Numbered from the stretch's first letter, positions 26,892 to 40,034 are shown. The stretch: 64,000 nucleotides of DNA from Clostridia bacterium (GCA_029258515.1 JARHYK010000002.1:19476-83475), one strand, 5' to 3'. The notes: generated from the letters alone by a model not told the origin. A program made the numbers and translations.

Positions 26892-29339
26892 ATGGCAAGA
26901 AAAAAAGTAAATACCAAAACAGGTAAAAAGAAAGATGCAGCAAAGAGAAGAAAAAAACAAGAGTCTAGATTAAATTTTGAAATAGTAATCTTGTTTGTTT
27001 TAAGTATTCTTTCTGCTGTTTTAATTTATACAAAATCAGGAATAATAGGAGTTAAATTAACTGAAATTCTAGGTGGAATAATGGGGATTATTCGCTATGT
27101 TGTACCAATAGGAATTTTTGTGGTTTCTATTAAACTTGCGTGCGAAGATAGAACTGAATTAGGATATAAATTGGCACAATATATTGTATTTTTGATAAGT
27201 ATTGCAACATTAATGTCAACATTTCAAATATCAAGTGGAGAATTAGTTATAACAAAAGAATTAACAGAAGCTATAAAAGATGGCTATAGTATAGGAACAA
27301 CAGGTGTAGGTGGAGGAGCAATAGGTGCAGCATTTGCAGTTCCACTTGTAAACCTATTAGGAACAGTTGGGGCGATTATTATATCAATAGGTTTAGCTGT
27401 TGCTATTATGGTATTTATGTTTGAAATAAAAATGTCTGATATAGTACAAAATGCAGTAGAGAGATCAAAAGAAAGAAAACAAGAAAGATATGAAGCAAGG
27501 CAAGGATATATAGAAGAAAAGGCAAAAAATAGGACAAGTAAAGAAAATAATAATAACATTAATGGTGCTGTTGCTATAAATACTAATGAAAAAAATAAAA
27601 AAGCTGAAGTTTTAGATAATCAAATAAAAATTAATTTTGGAGGAAGAATTGTAGATGAAAATGATGCTAAGGGTTTAAAAAAATATGATCATAGTAAAGA
27701 TGATTTGATGCCATTGACAAAAGATACAAAAGCTATGTTTACAGAAAAAACAAATGAAGATAATGAACCAGATTTTATAGAGTCTAATTTATTTAAGAAA
27801 GAAGAAGAACAAAAGGAAGATAAAACAAAAGAAGTTTTACAACTTGAGCATGCAATGGTTGTAGAAGATGAACATTATGAATATCCACCACTTGAAATTC
27901 TTGCAAAACCAAGAAAAAAAGCATTAAAGGGTGGGGCTAGAGCCTTAACTGATACTGCAACAAAATTACAAAGGACTCTATATAGTTTTGGAGTATCTGC
28001 AAAGGTGGAAAATGTATCAGTAGGACCTGCTATTACTAGATATGAATTGAAACCGGCAGAGGGTGTAAGAGTTAGTAAAATAGCAAATTTAGCAGATGAT
28101 ATAGCACTTAATTTAGCAGCAGAAACAATACGTATAGAGGCTCCGATTCCAGGAAAACAAGCAGTAGGAATTGAAGTACCAAATAAAGAAAAAGAAGCAG
28201 TTCATTTACGTGAAGTATTAGAAAGTGAAGAATTTGCTAATAATAAATCAAAATTGACAGTAGGACTTGGAAAAGATGTTGCAGGAAATGTTAAATTAGC
28301 AGATATTGCTAAAATGCCACATGTATTAATTGCAGGTTCGACAGGTTCAGGAAAGAGTGTTTGTATAAATTCAATTATAACAAGTATTATATATAACAGT
28401 AAACCAAGTGAAGTTAAAATGGTAATGGTGGATCCTAAAGTTGTTGAATTATCAGTGTATAATGGAATACCACATTTATTAATTCCAGTTGTAACAGATC
28501 CTAAAAAGGCAGCAGGAGCACTTGCGTGGGCTGTTCAAGAAATGGATAATAGATATAATTTGTTTGCAAAAAAAGGTGTAAGAGATTTAAAAGGATATAA
28601 TAAAGCAGTAGAAAATGATGAAGAAACAGGAAAATTGCCACAAATAGTAATAATAGTAGATGAGCTTGCAGACTTAATGATGGTAGCGGCAAAGGATGTA
28701 GAAGAGGCAATATGTAGATTAGCTCAAAAGGCAAGAGCGGCAGGAATGCATTTGGTAATTGCAACACAAAGACCATCAGTAGATGTAATAACTGGATTAA
28801 TAAAAGCAAATGTACCATCTAGAATTGCATTTGCGGTATCATCACAAGTGGATTCAAGAACAATATTAGATAGTGTTGGTGCAGAAAAATTATTAGGAAA
28901 AGGTGATATGTTATTTTTCCCAACAGGTGCACCAAAACCTTTGAGAGTTCAAGGGGCTTTTGTATCAGATGAAGAAGTAGAAAAAATAGTTGACTTTGTT
29001 AAACAAAATGGGACAGCTACATATAGTGAAGATATATTAGAGACAATAGAAAATAGCAATAAGGGAGAAGATAAACATACAACAAATACAGATGAGGATG
29101 ATGATACAGATCCATTTTTAATGGATGCAATACAAACAGTTGTAGAAACAAGACAAGCTTCAACATCATTTATCCAAAGAAGATTTAAAGTCGGGTATGC
29201 AAGAGCAGGAAGAATTATAGATCAAATGGAAGAAAGAGGAGTAATATCAGGATATCAGGGAAGTAAACCAAGAGAAGTATTAATGACATTAGAAAAATTA
29301 AATGAGTTAAAAATGACTAAAACACCTGAAGAAGAATAA
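26892..29339 (+). CDS. ftsK: DNA translocase FtsK/SpoIIIE (start at MARKKVNTK; the ORF-track TTG at 26856 is in the same frame)
   Basis: N-terminal TM helices, a linker, the motor domain with Walker A GSTGSGKSV and Walker B VIIVDELADLM, and a C-terminal gamma winged-helix domain. Confidence 0.88.
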   Translation: MARKKVNTKTGKKKDAAKRRKKQESRLNFEIVILFVLSILSAVLIYTKSGIIGVKLTEILGGIMGIIRYVVPIGIFVVSIKLACEDRTELGYKLAQYIVFLISIATLMSTFQISSGELVITKELTEAIKDGYSIGTTGVGGGAIGAAFAVPLVNLLGTVGAIIISIGLAVAIMVFMFEIKMSDIVQNAVERSKERKQERYEARQGYIEEKAKNRTSKENNNNINGAVAINTNEKNKKAEVLDNQIKINFGGRIVDENDAKGLKKYDHSKDDLMPLTKDTKAMFTEKTNEDNEPDFIESNLFKKEEEQKEDKTKEVLQLEHAMVVEDEHYEYPPLEILAKPRKKALKGGARALTDTATKLQRTLYSFGVSAKVENVSVGPAITRYELKPAEGVRVSKIANLADDIALNLAAETIRIEAPIPGKQAVGIEVPNKEKEAVHLREVLESEEFANNKSKLTVGLGKDVAGNVKLADIAKMPHVLIAGSTGSGKSVCINSIITSIIYNSKPSEVKMVMVDPKVVELSVYNGIPHLLIPVVTDPKKAAGALAWAVQEMDNRYNLFAKKGVRDLKGYNKAVENDEETGKLPQIVIIVDELADLMMVAAKDVEEAICRLAQKARAAGMHLVIATQRPSVDVITGLIKANVPSRIAFAVSSQVDSRTILDSVGAEKLLGKGDMLFFPTGAPKPLRVQGAFVSDEEVEKIVDFVKQNGTATYSEDILETIENSNKGEDKHTTNTDEDDDTDPFLMDAIQTVVETRQASTSFIQRRFKVGYARAGRIIDQMEERGVISGYQGSKPREVLMTLEKLNELKMTKTPEEE

Positions 29340-29378
29340 TTTTATGTTTTAAATTTTGTCAAAAGAAAGGAGAATAAT

Positions 29379-30932
29379 GTGCAAAAGAAAAAAGAAAATT
29401 TAATAGATAAGATAGTTAAAAAAGATTTTAATGAAGAATTAGAAAAAGTTTTAGAATTAAAAAGTTTTCCAGAAAATGTACAAAGTATTCTCCTTAGTAT
29501 TTTATATAAAATAGAAGCTGGATATTCTGATTTGAAACTGGTAAAACAAGATATAGAAACAAAAGAAGAATATATAGAAAAGTATATAGTAAATATATAT
29601 GATAATATAAATAGTATAAAATTAATAAAGGTGAATGATAAAGAAAGTGATATTTCTGAAAATGGGACTTTTTATATAAATAAAGAGGAAAAGGAAATTC
29701 AAGTATATCCAATAGAAAGAAAAGTGTTATATGCAATATATAAGATATCTAAAAAAGATAAAATAATAACTAATAAATATTATTTAATAGATGAAGTATT
29801 ATCAGATTTATTAACTGTAGGAAATACAATACAAAAAGTTGAGCCGTTAAGGGATTTTAATGGATATTCATGGTTGATTATGGAAAATGAAATAGAAAGT
29901 GTGAATCATAATTTAATTTATCAAAGTTTAAGAATGTTAATAGGAAATAAATTTCTAGAAAATTGGGTAGATGAAAAAGAACAGATGTTAGATTACTATG
30001 AGGAATTTATAGTATTGTTAGAAGAAAAATATGGTGAAGAGCTTTCAAAAAAACTAAAACATGAATTAATTAAAATAGCTATTTTACTTGAGAGAATATA
30101 TAATAATAACAAATTAATGGAATATGAAAAAGATAATATTAAATTAAAAGTTGAAGTAGATAAAATGAAAGACATGGCTAAATATGTAGCGGAGATATCA
30201 GAAAATAAAATTAATATAGCAGAAAAAATTGGCAAAATAGATGAAATTTTAAACGATAAAGATAAATTGCAAGAGGAATATTTTAGAAGAAATGAGGGTT
30301 TACCATTAGAAAAGAAAATATTTAGCATGAGAATTTTAGGAAATATTTTAAAAGAAGATAAGAGAAAATTATACCAAAAACTTGAAAAATTGAATGATTT
30401 GTCAAATCCTAAAAAATTTCTCAAGCATAAAGAAGAATTGCAAAGTAAAATAGATGTTTTAAGTATTTTAGATGTTAAAAATATTGAAAAGGAATTGAAA
30501 GAAAGTATTAAAAAATTCCAAGAATATTTTTTAGAATGTTTTAAAATAAATATAAAAAAAGCTGAAACTAAACAGCAGATAATTTCACTAATTTATGAAT
30601 ATAGGTATTATAGGTTAATACCAAAAGAAGTTAAAATAAATGATAAAGAGACGATTATCGAATTACTGAAAAAAGCAAATCAATTAAAAGCGATAGTCAA
30701 AATATCAGAAAATATAGAATACCAATATGAAATATTAAAAAATATATTTAATACAAGAGCAATAAAATTGGAAAATTTATCATTAAAAATAACTAAAGAA
30801 AAAGAAAAAATTTTTATGCAGTTATTTGATGAAAAAATGTTTGAAGACAAAGTGGAAGTTTTTAATGGTATTGAAGTTAATAAAAAAGAACTTGAAATTA
30901 AATTAAATAAAAAGATAAAAATATTTGAATAG
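29379..30932 (+). CDS. hypothetical 517-aa K/E-rich helical protein (GTG start)
   Basis: RBS AAAGGAG lies 7 nt upstream of the GTG. No recognisable catalytic motif. Predicted long coiled coils. Confidence 0.5.
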   Translation: MQKKKENLIDKIVKKDFNEELEKVLELKSFPENVQSILLSILYKIEAGYSDLKLVKQDIETKEEYIEKYIVNIYDNINSIKLIKVNDKESDISENGTFYINKEEKEIQVYPIERKVLYAIYKISKKDKIITNKYYLIDEVLSDLLTVGNTIQKVEPLRDFNGYSWLIMENEIESVNHNLIYQSLRMLIGNKFLENWVDEKEQMLDYYEEFIVLLEEKYGEELSKKLKHELIKIAILLERIYNNNKLMEYEKDNIKLKVEVDKMKDMAKYVAEISENKINIAEKIGKIDEILNDKDKLQEEYFRRNEGLPLEKKIFSMRILGNILKEDKRKLYQKLEKLNDLSNPKKFLKHKEELQSKIDVLSILDVKNIEKELKESIKKFQEYFLECFKINIKKAETKQQIISLIYEYRYYRLIPKEVKINDKETIIELLKKANQLKAIVKISENIEYQYEILKNIFNTRAIKLENLSLKITKEKEKIFMQLFDEKMFEDKVEVFNGIEVNKKELEIKLNKKIKIFE

Positions 30933-30943
30933 GAGGAAGAAAT

Positions 30944-32590
30944 ATGAAAATTACATTTTTAGGAGCAACAAGAACTGTTACAGGTTCTAATTACTTAGTG
31001 GAAGCCGCAGGAAAAAAATTTTTAGTAGATTGTGGTATGTGGCAAGGAAAGGCGGATTTAGAAGAGGAAAATTATCAAGATTTTGAATTTAATCCTAAGG
31101 AAATAGATTTTATGCTTTTGACACATGCTCATATTGACCATTCAGGTAGAATACCTAAATTATATAACGAAGGATTTAGAAATAAGATATATGCACATAA
31201 GGCAACATGTGATTTGTGTGCGTTAATGTTACCAGATAGTGGACATATTCAAGAAATGGAAAATGAATGGAAAAATAGAAAAAGAAAACGTAAAGGAGAA
31301 AAAGAATTGGCTCCTTTATACACTGCAGAAGATGCAGCAAGATGTTTGGAAATATTTGAAGAAGTTGAGTATGATAGAATAATAGATATAACAGAAAATA
31401 TTCATGTTAGGTTTAATGATGCAGGACATATGCTAGGTTCAAGTATCATAGAATTATGGGTAGATGAAGATGGAAAAACGACTAAAACAGTATTTACAGG
31501 TGATATAGGAAATAATGATTTACCATTATTAAGTCCACCAACAATGATTGAATCAACAGATTATTTAGTTATGGAATCAACATATGGAAGTAGAATGCAT
31601 ATAAGAAATGATGAAAAAGCTGAATTATTTTTGGATATAGTAGCTGAAACATTAGATAATGAAGGAACTGTAGTAATACCATCGTTTGCAGTAGGAAGAA
31701 CACAAGAAATATTGTATGAAATAAATAAATTAAAAGAAGTTAGAGATGATGAAGAATTTAGGCGTAAATATGAAACTTTAATGAAAGCACCAGTATATGT
31801 TGATAGTCCTTTAGCAATATCTGCAACTGAAGTTTTTAGAGAAAATATGAATTTATTTGATGATGAAACTCAAGAAGCAATGCAAAAAGGAGATAATCCA
31901 TTGGAATTTCCAGGGCTTAAATTTACTATGACAGCAGATGAATCAAAAGCATTAAACGAAGATCCAAGACCAAGTATAATAATATCAGCTAGTGGTATGT
32001 GTGAAGTAGGAAGAATTAAACATCATTTAAAACATAATTTATGGAACCCAAAAAGTACAATTTTATTTGTTGGATATCAAGCACCAGGAACATTAGGATA
32101 TAACATAGTGAATGGGGCAAAAAAGGTAACAATATTTGGAGAAGAAATTGCGGTAAATGCAAGAATTGAATATATAGAAGGGTATTCAGGACATGCAGAC
32201 CAAGAAGGTCTTATGAATTTTGTATATTCATTTATAAATAAACCAAAACATATATTTATAATTCATGGAGAAGAAGAATCACAAGATGTATTAAAAGAAA
32301 AAATAGAAAGTGAAACAGGAATATTAGCTACAATACCAGAATTTGGAGAGACATTTGAATTAAATAATGAAGAAGTTAAATTAACAGGAAAAGTTGATGT
32401 AAAAGTTCCTAAGTCATTAAGAAAAGAAGTATTGGTAAGATTAGAAAAAATAAAAGAAGAAATAAGAGACATGGAAAACTGTGTTACAGATGATATGGAA
32501 GATAGAAAATTAAAAAATGAAGATATTTTTAGAATTAATGAAAAGATAAAAGATTTGGAAAAACAGATATTAAATGTAATAGAGGGATAA
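30944..32590 (+). CDS. MBL-fold beta-CASP family RNA-metabolising metallo-hydrolase (RNase J / CPSF-like) with a C-terminal coiled-coil extension
   Basis: HAHIDHSG metallo-beta-lactamase motif. The beta-CASP region is present (...ESTYGSRMH...). ~140-aa charged C-terminal extension. Confidence 0.7.
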   Translation: MKITFLGATRTVTGSNYLVEAAGKKFLVDCGMWQGKADLEEENYQDFEFNPKEIDFMLLTHAHIDHSGRIPKLYNEGFRNKIYAHKATCDLCALMLPDSGHIQEMENEWKNRKRKRKGEKELAPLYTAEDAARCLEIFEEVEYDRIIDITENIHVRFNDAGHMLGSSIIELWVDEDGKTTKTVFTGDIGNNDLPLLSPPTMIESTDYLVMESTYGSRMHIRNDEKAELFLDIVAETLDNEGTVVIPSFAVGRTQEILYEINKLKEVRDDEEFRRKYETLMKAPVYVDSPLAISATEVFRENMNLFDDETQEAMQKGDNPLEFPGLKFTMTADESKALNEDPRPSIIISASGMCEVGRIKHHLKHNLWNPKSTILFVGYQAPGTLGYNIVNGAKKVTIFGEEIAVNARIEYIEGYSGHADQEGLMNFVYSFINKPKHIFIIHGEEESQDVLKEKIESETGILATIPEFGETFELNNEEVKLTGKVDVKVPKSLRKEVLVRLEKIKEEIRDMENCVTDDMEDRKLKNEDIFRINEKIKDLEKQILNVIEG

Positions 32591-32592
32591 AA

Positions 32593-34536
32593 ATGGAAAA
32601 TAAATATTTGAATGAAGCAATTATTGGAAATAGAGTAATGATAGCTACTTATACAAGAAAAGGAGAATTACAAAGAATATATTTCCCAAGCAAAGATAAT
32701 AGACAATATTTAAATTTTTTTAAAACAGGAGTTAAAGTAAATAATTCAGATTTAATATATTTGGATAATGATATAAATAATAAATATATTCAATACTATG
32801 ATATAGATACAAATATATTAAATACAGAAATTACAAACACATATTTTAATTTAAAAATCTTACAAACTGATTTTATTATAACAAAAGAAAATGTGCTAGT
32901 TAAAAGATATACATTTATGAATGAATCAAAGATTGATTTGGATTTAAGTTTTTATATTCATTCAGAATTGCTTTCAAATCAAAATAATATGGTGAGTAGT
33001 AAAATTGTTGATAATGGAATGATACAATATGCGCATGATTTTATGGTTTCTACATTTGCTAAAGAAAATAAGATATTTAAACATCAAATAAATGGAAGTA
33101 AAGAAAATATTAAAAGAGGGGAAATCTATGATAAAGACTATATAGGAATGTCAAAAGATACAAGCATTGCATATGATTTAGGTATATTAAAACCAGGTGA
33201 GAAGAAAAAAATTGATATTTGTATGTTAATTACTGAAAATATGAATATATCAAAAATCGAAGATGAAATAGATAGAATTACAAAACTAGATTTAAACAAA
33301 GAATATTCTAATTTAAAAACATATTGGCGAAAATATGTAAAGACCCATAATGGCTTAAATATCAAAGAACCTAAAAATAGCTATGAAGAAAAGATTTATG
33401 AAATATATAAACGTAGTATTTTATTATTTCCATTACTTACAAATCCAGAGACAGGTGGTGTAATAGCATCACCGGAAATAGATGAAGAAAGAACACAATG
33501 TGGAAGATATGCTTATTGTTGGCCACGTGATGCAGTATTTATTACAAAAGCTATGGATATTTTAAAGATGAATAAGGAAACAGAAAAGTTTTATAAAAAC
33601 TTTTGTAAAAAAACGCAAAGCAAAAATGGAATGTGGGAGCAACGTTTTTATACAGATGGAAAATTAGCACCTTCATGGGGGTATCAAATAGATGAAACAG
33701 CAAGTGTTGTTTATGGTGTATATGAACATTTTTTGGCAACTAATAATGATAAGTTTTTAAAAGATACATTACCAATGTGTGAAAAAGCAGTAGACTTTTT
33801 GAAGAAGTATGTAAAAGACTGGTTAAATATTGATGGAAAAGATAAAATAGATGTAGTACAAGAAGAGATTGAAAAATCTATGGGAAGTAAAGGTCATAAA
33901 TATCATGTAAGTTATGATTTATGGGAAATGTGCGAAGGAATACATTTATATTCATTAGCTAGTATTTATTCTGCTTTTGAAACTATGTTAAAGATTTATA
34001 GAAAAATATCAAGTTTTGAAAATAATAGATTAAAAGAAGAAAAAGTTCAAAAAAATGAAAAAGAGATTGAAAAAATATTAGCCGAGCTAAAAAAATATAT
34101 TAATAGTAATTTATATGATGAAGATAAAAAATCGTATGTTAGAAATGTCGAAGACAAAAAAATGGATATAAGTATTTTAGGAGCTGTTACTCCATTTAAT
34201 GTCTTTAAACCAAAGGAAAAGAAAATTCAAAACACAGTTGAAAGAATTAATTTATCTTTAAGAACATATACAGGTGGATATCGAAGATTTGAACAGGATA
34301 ATTATAGAAATGGAAACCCATGGCCTATTGCAAATTTATGGATGACATTGTATTATTTAGAAACAGGAGAAAAGAAGAAAGCAAAAGAAACATTTGATTT
34401 TGTTATAAAAACTTGTGGTAAACATTATTTTTTAGGGGAACAAGTGGATAATAACACATTAGAACCTAATTGGGTTATTGGTCTTGGTTGGTCTCATGCT
34501 ATGTTTATTATTGTTTTGGAAAAATTGATGAAATAA
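32593..34536 (+). CDS. glycoside hydrolase family 15 (glucoamylase/glucodextranase-like) protein
   Basis: 647 aa. An N-terminal beta-sandwich is followed by an (alpha/alpha)6 catalytic domain with CWPRDA and GWSHAMFI motifs. Confidence 0.65.
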   Translation: MENKYLNEAIIGNRVMIATYTRKGELQRIYFPSKDNRQYLNFFKTGVKVNNSDLIYLDNDINNKYIQYYDIDTNILNTEITNTYFNLKILQTDFIITKENVLVKRYTFMNESKIDLDLSFYIHSELLSNQNNMVSSKIVDNGMIQYAHDFMVSTFAKENKIFKHQINGSKENIKRGEIYDKDYIGMSKDTSIAYDLGILKPGEKKKIDICMLITENMNISKIEDEIDRITKLDLNKEYSNLKTYWRKYVKTHNGLNIKEPKNSYEEKIYEIYKRSILLFPLLTNPETGGVIASPEIDEERTQCGRYAYCWPRDAVFITKAMDILKMNKETEKFYKNFCKKTQSKNGMWEQRFYTDGKLAPSWGYQIDETASVVYGVYEHFLATNNDKFLKDTLPMCEKAVDFLKKYVKDWLNIDGKDKIDVVQEEIEKSMGSKGHKYHVSYDLWEMCEGIHLYSLASIYSAFETMLKIYRKISSFENNRLKEEKVQKNEKEIEKILAELKKYINSNLYDEDKKSYVRNVEDKKMDISILGAVTPFNVFKPKEKKIQNTVERINLSLRTYTGGYRRFEQDNYRNGNPWPIANLWMTLYYLETGEKKKAKETFDFVIKTCGKHYFLGEQVDNNTLEPNWVIGLGWSHAMFIIVLEKLMK

Positions 34537-34767
34537 AAAATAATTTATTAGAATTTGTGTTGAAAAATAATTATAATATTAATTACGATATTATATATAA
34601 CTATAAAACGTTAGAGGCATTATAAAATAAATATAAAAAATGTAAAAAAAGTAAGAATAGCCTTGCAAACAAAAAAAAATTGATATAGAATGGTATTACC
34701 AATAAAAATTGGTTAATAATATAAATAGAAGATAAGCAAAAGCTTAATCTAGAAGGAGGAATTTTAA

Positions 34768-35772
<1,005 letters not shown>

Positions 35773-35806
35773 ATAATTTTGCAATTATATAAAAAATAGG
35801 AAATAG

Positions 35807-35836
35807 AAGAGTGCTCAAATAAAAGAGCACTTTTCT
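35807..35836 (+). terminator. Rho-independent terminator after gap
   Basis: gaagagtgctc-aaataaa-gagcacttttctt: a 9-10 bp stem plus a T-run. Confidence 0.6.
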
Positions 35837-36479
35837 TATATTTGAGTGTCATGGAGCAATTTTAGTAAAAATATATATTAAAAAAGAAAAGTTTAAATAA
35901 GAATTTAAGTAGATATTAATAGTCAAATTTTTGAATACAAAATATGAAGTTTGCAAGTTAATATTTATTTTGACATGTAGTAGATATTTTAGTTAATAAA
36001 TATTACATTTTTTCTTAATAATTAATATTTAAATTTATTATTTAGATATAATCTCATAATCAAAGGTTTACAATGAAGCAAGAATAAAAAAGTTATTAAA
36101 GTCAATAATATAAAAAGGAAATCAGTATAAAAGTGACGGATTGGTATAAGCAATTAATAAAAACAAAAAATAGTGTAATTGAGTTAGTAAGAATAGTAGA
36201 AAGGAAAGTCAAGATTGATAATATAGAAAGCGAAGTTAAGGATAATAAGATTAAGGTATTTGATAAATTGAATAATTTTAAAAAAGAATATTTGATAAGC
36301 ATTAAATGATGAAATTTGAACAAAAATATCAACATATATTTAATAAAATTTAATGGAAAAGAAGAGGGAAAAATGAACCTAGTTAATAAAGTGAATATTA
36401 AAAAAATACTTGAAATGTATTGGGTTTTGATATAAAATAGAAATGTATAAATTTATGTTATTTTAAGGAGGAAGTTAGA

Positions 36480-37664
36480 ATGGATAAAAAAACAGTTAGA
36501 GATATTGATTTAAAAGGAAAGAAAGTATTTGTAAGATGTGATTTTAATGTACCAATGGACGAAAATCAAAATATTACAGATAATAATAGAATAGTTGCAG
36601 CATTACCTACAATAAAATATTTATTAGAAAATAATTGCAAGATAGTATTAGCATCACATTTAGGTAGACCAAAGGGAGAATTTAAAAAAGAATTTTCTTT
36701 AGAACCAGTTGCAAAGGAATTATCTAAGTTATTAGGTGTAGATGTTATAATGGCAAAAGATGTAATAGGAGAAGATGCAAAGAAAAAAGCAAGTGAATTA
36801 AAAGAAGGAGAAATTTTATTACTTGAAAATGTAAGATTTCATAAAGAAGAAACTGAAAATGATCCTGAATTTTCAAAAGAATTAGCATCGATGGCAGAAA
36901 TATTTGTAAATGATGCATTTGGAACAGCACATAGAGCACATAGTTCTACAACAGGAATAGCTAGCTATTTACCAGCTGTATCAGGATTTTTAATTGAAAA
37001 AGAGTTAAAATTTTTAGGAAATGCAGTAAATAATCCAGAAAGACCATTTGTAGCAATACTTGGAGGAGCAAAGGTTTCTGACAAAATTGGAGTTATAGAT
37101 AGTTTGATTGAAAAAGTAGATACATTAATAATAGGTGGAGGAATGGCATATACATTTTTCAAAGCAATGGGATATGAAGTAGGAAATTCAATTTGTGAAA
37201 TGGATAAATTAGAATTAGCTAAAGATTTAATGAAAAAGGCAAAAGAAAAAGGTGTTAAATTAATGCTTCCAGTAGATACAAAAATAGGTAAAGAATTTAA
37301 AGCAGATACAGAAAGCAAAGTTGTGAAATACAATGAAATTCCAGAAGGTTGGGAAGGATTTGATATAGGAGAAGAAAGTATAAAAGAATTCAAAGAAGAA
37401 TTAGAAAATGCTAAAACAGTAATATGGAATGGACCATTAGGATTATTTGAATTTGAACAATTTGCAAAAGGAACTAATGAAATAGCAGAAAAATTAGCAA
37501 ATATAGATGCAACAACAATAATTGGTGGTGGAGATTCAGCAGCAGCAGTTAAAAAAGCTGGATTGCAAGATAAAATAACTCATGTATCAACAGGAGGAGG
37601 AGCATCATTAGAATTTTTGGAAGGTAAGAAATTACCAGGAATAGAAGCATTAATGGATAAATAA
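36480..37664 (+). CDS. pgk: phosphoglycerate kinase
   Basis: 394 aa. Conserved ...RCDFNVP... N-terminus and ...GGGASLE... C-terminus. RBS AAGGAGG. Confidence 0.93.
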   Translation: MDKKTVRDIDLKGKKVFVRCDFNVPMDENQNITDNNRIVAALPTIKYLLENNCKIVLASHLGRPKGEFKKEFSLEPVAKELSKLLGVDVIMAKDVIGEDAKKKASELKEGEILLLENVRFHKEETENDPEFSKELASMAEIFVNDAFGTAHRAHSSTTGIASYLPAVSGFLIEKELKFLGNAVNNPERPFVAILGGAKVSDKIGVIDSLIEKVDTLIIGGGMAYTFFKAMGYEVGNSICEMDKLELAKDLMKKAKEKGVKLMLPVDTKIGKEFKADTESKVVKYNEIPEGWEGFDIGEESIKEFKEELENAKTVIWNGPLGLFEFEQFAKGTNEIAEKLANIDATTIIGGGDSAAAVKKAGLQDKITHVSTGGGASLEFLEGKKLPGIEALMDK

Positions 37665-37715
37665 TATAGGTGTTTTGAAATAGTTAGAGAAATATTGAAA
37701 AAGGAGAGTTAAAAT

Positions 37716-38468
37716 ATGAGAAAAAAAGTAATAGCTGGAAACTGGAAAATGAATATGCTTCCAAATGAAGCAATTAGTATGATTGAAGAATTATCAACAT
37801 TAGTTAAAGATACTGGAAATGAGGTTGTGTTATGTGTTCCATATACAGATTTATTTTATTCATTATTAACAGCACAAGGAACAAATATTAAAATCGGAGC
37901 ACAAAATATGCATTATGAAGAAAAAGGTGCATATACTGGAGAAGTATCTGGAAGTATGCTTAAGTCAATAGGAGTAGAATATGTAATAATAGGACATTCA
38001 GAAAGAAGAGAGTATTTTAATGAAACAGATAGAACTGTTAATAAAAAAATAAAATCAGCATTTGCAAATAGATTAAAACCAATAGTATGTGTTGGAGAAA
38101 CATTAGAACAAAAAGAACAAGGAAAAACTTATGATGTTATAACAAGACAAATAGAACTTGCTTTAGAAGGACTAACAAACGAACAAATTGAAAATATAAT
38201 TATTGCATATGAGCCAATATGGGCAATTGGAACAGGAAAGACAGCTACAAGCGAAGATGCAAATAATTCAATAAAAGCGATTCGTGACAAAATTTGTCAA
38301 ATCTATGGACAAAATGTTGCAAATGGAGTTATAATATTGTATGGCGGAAGTGTGAAGTCTACTAATTGTAAAGAAATCTTTAATATGTCAGATATAGATG
38401 GTGGATTAATAGGTGGAGCAAGTTTAAAAGCCGATGAATTTGCTAAAATAGTAAATTATGATAAATAA
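37716..38468 (+). CDS. tpiA: triose-phosphate isomerase
   Basis: AGNWKMN..., IGHSERR and AYEPIWAIGTG motifs. Confidence 0.93.
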   Translation: MRKKVIAGNWKMNMLPNEAISMIEELSTLVKDTGNEVVLCVPYTDLFYSLLTAQGTNIKIGAQNMHYEEKGAYTGEVSGSMLKSIGVEYVIIGHSERREYFNETDRTVNKKIKSAFANRLKPIVCVGETLEQKEQGKTYDVITRQIELALEGLTNEQIENIIIAYEPIWAIGTGKTATSEDANNSIKAIRDKICQIYGQNVANGVIILYGGSVKSTNCKEIFNMSDIDGGLIGGASLKADEFAKIVNYDK

Positions 38469-38487
38469 ATAAGAGGGATGGTACGAG

Positions 38488-40023
38488 ATGAAAAATAAAG
38501 TAACAATGCTTATGATATTAGATGGTTTTGGAGATAATAAAAATAAAGATGGAAATGCGATAAAATTAGCTAAAACACCTAATATTGATAAACTAATGAA
38601 AAAATATCCTAGTACAGATATTTATACAAGTGGATTACATGTTGGATTACCAGAAGGACAAATGGGAAATTCAGAAGTAGGACACACAAATATAGGTGCT
38701 GGAAGAATAGTATATCAAGAATTAACAAGAATAACAAAATCAATAGAAGATGGAGATTTTTTTGCTAATCCAGAATTTATAGCGGCAATAGATAATTGTA
38801 AGAAAAATCATTCCAAACTTCATATAATGGGACTTTTATCAGATGGAGGAGTTCATAGCCATAATAGACATTTATATGGATTATTAGAAATGGCAAAAAG
38901 AAGAGATTTTGAAGATGTATATGTACATTGTTTTTTAGATGGTAGAGATACACCACCAGCATCAGGTGAAAATTATTTAATGCAATTAGAAAATAAAATG
39001 AAAGAAAAAGGAATAGGAAAAATAGCAACAATAGCAGGAAGATTTTATGCAATGGATAGAGATAAAAGATGGCAAAGAATAGAAAAAAGCTATAATGCAA
39101 TGGTAAAAGGTGAAGGAATAAAGGAAACTTCTGTAATAAAAGCAATAGAAGATTCATATCAAAAAGAAGTTTTTGATGAATTTGTGGAACCAACAGTTAT
39201 ATGTAATGATGGAGAGCCAGTTGCTAAAATAGAAGATGGTGATTCAGTAATATTTTTCAATTTTAGACCAGATAGAGCAAGAGAAATAACAAGAACACTT
39301 GTAGATAAAGATTTTAATGAATTTGAAACTAAAAAATTAAATTTGCATTTTGTTTGCTTTACAAATTATGATGAAACAATGCCAAATGTTAGAGTTGCAT
39401 TTAATAAAGAAACATTAAAAAATACATTTGGAGAGGTTGTAAGTAATAATAATCTTACACAATTAAGAATAGCTGAAACAGAAAAATATGCTCACGTTAC
39501 ATTTTTCTTCAATGGTGGAGAAGAAAAACAATATAAAGGTGAAGATAGAATATTAGTACAATCACCAAAAGTTGAAACTTATGATATGAAACCAGAAATG
39601 AGTGCAAATGAAGTAACTGAAAAAGTAGTTGAGGCATTAGAAAATGATAAATATGATGTTGTGATTTTAAATTTTGCAAATACTGATATGGTAGGGCATA
39701 CAGGAAGTTTAGAAGCTGCAATTAAAGCAGTTGAAACAGTTGACAAATGTGTAGGAAAAATTGTTAATGTAATAGAAAAGAAAAAAGGTAATTTAATAAT
39801 AACAGCAGATCATGGAAATGCAGAACAGATGATAGATTATAAAACAGGAGAACCACATACAGCACATACAACTAATCCTGTACCTATTATTTTGGTGACA
39901 GATAATAAAGAGATTAAACTAAAAGAAAATGGTAAACTAGCTGATTTAGCACCAACAATGTTAGAGTTAATGGGAATAGAAAAACCAAAAGAAATGACAG
40001 GAGAAAGTTTGATAGAAAAATAA
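38488..40023 (+). CDS. gpmI: 2,3-bisphosphoglycerate-independent phosphoglycerate mutase
   Basis: 511 aa with the ...LMILDGFG... N-terminus and ...ITADHGNAE... Canonical position after tpiA. Confidence 0.9.
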   Translation: MKNKVTMLMILDGFGDNKNKDGNAIKLAKTPNIDKLMKKYPSTDIYTSGLHVGLPEGQMGNSEVGHTNIGAGRIVYQELTRITKSIEDGDFFANPEFIAAIDNCKKNHSKLHIMGLLSDGGVHSHNRHLYGLLEMAKRRDFEDVYVHCFLDGRDTPPASGENYLMQLENKMKEKGIGKIATIAGRFYAMDRDKRWQRIEKSYNAMVKGEGIKETSVIKAIEDSYQKEVFDEFVEPTVICNDGEPVAKIEDGDSVIFFNFRPDRAREITRTLVDKDFNEFETKKLNLHFVCFTNYDETMPNVRVAFNKETLKNTFGEVVSNNNLTQLRIAETEKYAHVTFFFNGGEEKQYKGEDRILVQSPKVETYDMKPEMSANEVTEKVVEALENDKYDVVILNFANTDMVGHTGSLEAAIKAVETVDKCVGKIVNVIEKKKGNLIITADHGNAEQMIDYKTGEPHTAHTTNPVPIILVTDNKEIKLKENGKLADLAPTMLELMGIEKPKEMTGESLIEK

Positions 40024-40034
40024 AAGAGGTAAAT

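Noticed and set aside
36133-36309. 58-codon GTG-initiated ORF in the gap-pgk spacer (VTDWYKQLIKTKNSV...)
   Set aside because: Weak RBS spacing (~13 nt), non-ATG start, no motif. Kept only as a note inside the glycolytic-operon finding.
36102-36335. 77-aa minus-strand ORF in the same spacer
   Set aside because: No RBS, Leu/Ile/Phe-rich low-complexity translation. Likely spurious.
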